From NCBI GenBank assembly GCA_002794465.1, contig MTSL01000131.1, forward strand, positions 1 to 11,332: a DNA stretch of 11,332 nucleotides, in the 5' to 3' direction. This DNA comes from Paramicrosporidium saccamoebae KSL3. Its lineage: Eukaryota > Fungi > Cryptomycota. This document shows, piece after piece, positions 7,258 to 11,332 of this stretch. Numbering within the stretch: position 1 is the first letter of the stretch; every line of letters begins with the position of its first letter. Below the pieces are notes generated by a model. It was not told the DNA's origin. It saw only the letters and a list, made by a program, of their open reading frames with translations, and ran no database searches. Made by a program: the position numbers and the translations under genes.

Positions 7258-7821
7258 ACTGAAAAAGTTCGAGACCCCTGGTCGCTCTCGGGACTATACC
7301 AATAATACCGTGTTCCGTCCATTTGAAAGCTGAACTGAGTTGAAGTAATCCTGTTAGAGGTTGGGTGTACAGGCACTGCTGGACAGTATCCGCTTATGAT
7401 TGGCAGTCTCAATCCAGATGGCTATTTCACAAGCCAATTTCGTCATATTGAAGATGGGAGCCTAGAGAAGCACCACATACTTTAATAAAATAATCTTCTC
7501 CGTCCATGGGCATCTGCTTTACTAAAAACGTACTCCTTCTATAGGTAGCCATTCTCAGCACTAGATTTGGGTCATGGGATAAACGTATATTGATCGGGGT
7601 CACCATGGACAGTGGATATTGCCATGCAAATAATCTGGATGAACTGTGAGACGATAGTCATTGTGGCTTTAACCCGTCCGATTTCACCGCTCTTTTAGTT
7701 TAATTTCTATTCTGTTATCCAGTTGGTGATGAGTTGCCTTTTAAAGAAGCCTGGGGGGCAGCTGTTGGGGTGACTTCCAGAATTGACTAAATTGACTTGC
7801 TGTTAATATATTGGTTTGCTT

Positions 7822-10800
7822 ATGGATAAACACAACGGTAACTCACTCGTGATGCCAATGTCTGTTCTCCAACTTCCAAGTCCCTCGGTTGCACCGGGAG
7901 ACTTTGCCGCTTCCTCTGGCGATGGCTATGCGGACAATACGTTTGAAGGAAAGGCATCTCAAATGGATGAAGTCGTCAAGTACATTGCCGAGAAAGGGTT
8001 CATTCCGGACGCCCTTATCGAGCCTGAAGTAGTGTGGTTCTACTGCAATTTGGGTATCGATAACATGTATTTTTCTGTCGAAAGTGTTGACGTTATCGCG
8101 AACCATATCATGGCATTGTACGCTGCAAAGATGACTTCATACTTGCAGAACGCATCATCTTTGGATGTCAGTTTAGAACAGGAGCGCGAAAACGACGCTG
8201 TATATATCCATAGCTCAAAGCCTGGTGTGTCCACACTCAGTGGCCCTCAATACGAACAGCGCATTGACGAACGCTATCTGGACACTTCCACTCGTGAAGA
8301 CAGCTTCCGTCTCGAAACATATCGCTCGTCGGGCTGTGTTGCGTCAAACTTTAAGACTCAACTCCGTTGCTACTTTGTTGCTCGTTGTAACTTTGTGGAA
8401 CCCAACCCGGGCCCTGAGGATGAACGTAACATTCACAAAGTTTCCGATCGTACGTTTTTGAGCAAGGCCACAGACAACACTCTTGAGATTTATCAGCGTG
8501 TTATGAATGCTGTACTTGAACGCACGGGTCCTGTGATTGAGATGCACGAGGTTGAAAACAGCCGCTCCAAGCGTCTTGTTATCGGATACCGGTATACCAG
8601 CCAGATTTTGTGCTAATGTTCTTAGTCAGCAAACCACTCAAAAGTTTTTCTCAGCCATGTCCGATCTATATCATTATTACGAGTTGTACTCGACCAGAAA
8701 GTATGTCGAAAACATGTCCAATGGAGTAACCATCATGTGCATCTATCTTTCCCCCCTCGCCAACTCTACCGCGCCACCAATTGAGCATTCAATCCTCCAG
8801 ATCATGCGCGAAGCAAGTCTGATCTACTGCCTGCCCATGACTGCTCTTCAGTCCTTCTTCAAGTCGGGGACATTGAGTGTCCAAGAAGCAATCTATGGAT
8901 ATGCAGGACTTGCTTTTGCTCAGCATTTCTTGAACCGTCTTGGGCCAGAATATTCGACCTTGGTTAGCCTCTTGGAAGGCGGAAAGTCGAGCCCAGTCCA
9001 TGCTGAAGTATTGGCCAAGATGAAGAAACGCCTTCGTCAAGAGACATTTACCCGTGAATATGTCCTCGATATCGTGAAGCTTTATCCCGAGCTAATTCGT
9101 ATCCTCTATGTTAACTTTGCTATGCGTCATTACACCATGCATCAACGCGAGAACCAGCTCAAGCCGTCCTTGTCTTTCCAACGTCTGCATAAAGATCGGG
9201 CTCTGTCTATTACTGAAATCCAGGATCGCATTAGAAAGACAGTGTCCAATACGCACGAGCAGATGGTCTTTGAGGCCTTCCTGACCTTTAATCAGCACAT
9301 CTTAAAGACCAACTTTTACACCCCAACCAAGGTGGCCTTGGCCTTCCGTCTTGACCCATCATTCCTGCCCGATATAGAGTATCCCATCCGTCCCTATGGA
9401 ATGTTCCTCGTGATTGGAAGCGAATTCCGTGGTTTCCACGTTCGCTTCCGTGATATTGCCCGCGGCGGAATTCGAATCATCCGCAGTCGCAACCGCGAAG
9501 CTTACAGCATTAATTTGCGTTCACTCTTTGATGAGAATTATGCGCTGGCCTCTACTCAGCAACGCAAAAATAAGGACATTCCTGAAGGTGGATCCAAGGG
9601 GACAATTCTTTTGGATGCAGATCAGCAGGACAAGGCTACGGTTGCATTTGAAAAGTACGTTGACGCCATAATGGACCTGCTCGTGGTGGGACAAACTCCC
9701 GGAATTAAGGACAAAATTGTCGATCATTACGGCCAGCCTGAAATTTTGTTTTTTGGACCCGATGAGGGCACTGCTGATTTCATGGACTGGGCCAGCGCAC
9801 ATGCCCGTATCCGCGGTGCTTCCTTCTGGAAGGCATTTACTACTGGAAAATCTCAGTCGCTGGGTAAGTCGTGTCCGTTTATTATAATTGCTAGGTGGAA
9901 TCCCCCATGATGTCTTTGGAATGACAACTCGCTCGATTCACCAATATGTCACTGGAGTATATGCAAAGTTGGGACTTGATGAAAAGGCCTGTACAAAGTT
10001 CCAAACTGGTGGCCCTGATGGAGATCTTGGGTCGAATGAAGTCAAGATTAGTCGTGACAAGACTATTGGAATTGTTGACGGAAGTGGAGTAATATATGAT
10101 CCCGAAGGATTAGATCGCACCGAACTGCAGCATTTGGCAATGAAGAGAAGAATGATTGCCAACTTTGACGTTTCTAAGCTTGGAAAGGGAGGTTTCCGTG
10201 TGTTGGTCGACGAACACGATGTTCAGCTCCCGGATGGCACCATTATAGAGGATGGACTCAAGTTTAGAAACGAATTCCATCTGAATCCGCTATCCAGTGC
10301 TGATGTGTTCGTTCCTTGCGGTGGCAGGCCCGAGGCTGTGGATATCAACAATGTGCATCTGCTTCTTGATTCAGAAGGGAAGCCGCGCTTCAAGTATGTC
10401 GTGGAGGGCGCCAACTTGTTCTTTACCCAAGACGCTCGTATTCGTCTCGAACAGGCCGGCTCCATTATCTTTAAAGACGCCTCAGCTAATAAGGGAGGAG
10501 TTACCAGTTCATCTCTGGAGGTGCTTGCTGCCCTGTCATTTAATGACGAAGAATTTGGCCGACATATGCAGGTAACCAACGGGGTTGTTCCCGAATTTTA
10601 CTCTGCCTACATCAAAGAAGTCCACAAGATTATTGAGCGGAACGCAGCTTTGGAATTTGAATGTCTGTGGCGGGAACATGCAAATTTCCCTGAGCGTCCG
10701 ATTTCTGTCATGTCAGATGAGCTTTCGTTTGCAATCCTACGCCTCAATGGCGAGCTTCAAGAGTCTCGTGCACTCTGGGACAACATTCCCCTACGCGAGC

Positions 10801-11006
10801 TTGTCTTGAAGGATGCGCTTCCTCCACTGCTGACTGAACGTGTGGGAGGATTGTCAATTTTATTAGAGCGTCTCCCCGAGTCCTATCTACGTGCGCTATT
10901 CGGCTCTTATCTGGCGAGCCGCTTTGTCTATCAGCATGGAATTGCGCCTAAGCAGTTTGCCTTTTTCGAGTTTATGGGACAGTATTACAGCCGCCTGTCT
11001 GACTAA
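7822..11006 (+). CDS. GDH2: Large (~115 kDa class) NAD-specific glutamate dehydrogenase, fungal GDH2 type; join(7822..8591,8626..9863,9895..11006), about 1039 aa
   Basis: Motifs WFYCNLGIDNMYF, FSAMSDLYHYY, FHVRFRDIARGGIRII, QQRKNKDIPEGGSKG, FFGPDEGTAD, TGKSQSLG|GIPHD, QTGGPDGDLGSNE, PCGGRP, EGANLF, NKGGVTSSSLEV. The start is uncertain (in-frame ATGs at 7822, 7852, 7858). Confidence 0.95.
8592..8625 (+). other. Spliceosomal intron, 34 nt, phase 2 (GDH2 intron 1)
   Basis: gtataccagccagattttgtgctaatgttcttag with branch GCTAAT; CG|T gives IGYR-QQTTQKFF and links ORFs 7816..8616 and 8537..9910. Confidence 0.93.
9864..9894 (+). other. Spliceosomal intron, 31 nt, phase 1 (GDH2 intron 2)
   Basis: gtaagtcgtgtccgtttattataattgctag; G|GT restores SLGGIPHD and links ORFs 8537..9910 and 9888..11006. 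Confidence 0.95.
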
Positions 11007-11030
11007 TCTAGTCTAAATTGTAGCAGATCT

Positions 11031-11036
11031 AATAAA
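11031..11036 (+). terminator. Putative poly(A) signal AATAAA for GDH2 (second copy at 11157-11162)
   Basis: AATAAA 24 nt past the stop, with TGTA just upstream at 11019-11022. Confidence 0.6.
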
Positions 11037-11260
11037 CGACCTTGCCCAAAAAGTCTTGTGAGACCCATTATTATTGCAGAATGGTACGAGGCAGTGGATT
11101 AGGGCGACATGCTATTGCGCATCTTTGTCTTTCCTCTCCATACTTGGCCCAGTATTAATAAAGAAACCTGCCAATCAATCCACTACTTTATAGAACTAAC
11201 CATTGTATTTGTGGGATAGCACAACTACGGATCAAGGTGTGACGTAGAAGACTGATTAGT

Positions 11261-11278
11261 TGGGTATTTGAGGATAGT
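11261..11278 (+). repeat. 18-nt direct repeat, copy 2 (TGGGTATTTGAGGATAGT)
   Basis: 17/18 identical to 1-18. Confidence 0.6.
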
Positions 11279-11332
11279 TCCTCAGTTTGGAGAAGGGATA
11301 ATCAGAACAATCGATGAAGGATAATGAGATCT

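Noticed and set aside
7267-7277. GTTCGAGAC, a tRNA T-loop/B-box-like motif
   Set aside because: No T-stem pairing and no cloverleaf; it lies within the RPS11 proximal promoter.
6901-7412. ORFs 6901..7305 (+) and 7002..7412 (-)
   Set aside because: Antisense and alternative-frame overlaps of RPS11; open antisense frames are common for strongly codon-biased ribosomal protein genes.
7490-7500. GAGAAGATTA on the minus strand, resembling the U6 ACAGAGAAGAUUAGC region
   Set aside because: Flanks do not match U6 (no ACAGA box, no AGCATGGCCCC).
7726-7732. GTGATGA box C snoRNA motif
   Set aside because: No CTGA box D at a suitable distance before the GDH2 CDS.
7838-7880. Possible GTAACT...AAG intron near the GDH2 N-terminus
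   Set aside because: At about 43 nt it would frameshift the ORF, and the phase needed to rescue it contains a stop.
8537-8625. Programmed frameshifts in GDH2 suggested by three overlapping ORFs
   Set aside because: Both frame changes are fully explained by GT-AG introns of the locally typical size.

Overview
Gene-dense eukaryotic (fungal-like) nuclear DNA, about 45% GC by eye, containing six complete housekeeping genes: eIF3d (-), proteasome subunit RPN1 (+), a UBE2G1-type E2 enzyme (-), MICOS subunit MIC10 (-), ribosomal protein RPS11/uS17 (-) and the large NAD-specific glutamate dehydrogenase GDH2 (+). The fragmented ORF track is explained by eight very short GT-AG introns (30-36 nt, all ending TAG); I reconstructed each junction by frame and protein-family homology. 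I found no RNA gene, mobile element or CRISPR array, and no clearly new multi-gene system. The unusual features are architectural: (i) a 43-nt head-to-head spacer between eIF3d and RPN1 with a centred CCGGCCGG palindrome; (ii) a convergent RPN1/UBE2G1 3' spacer with two different tandem arrays that carry the same TGTAGTG motif on the sense strand of their own gene; (iii) a stop-free 30-nt intron in the MIC10 hairpin loop; (iv) an 18-nt near-perfect direct repeat at the two ends of the window. Tiny introns, tiny spacers and retained MIC10 suggest a compact-genome early-diverging fungus or Rozella/short-branch-microsporidia-like organism. That assignment is inference only.
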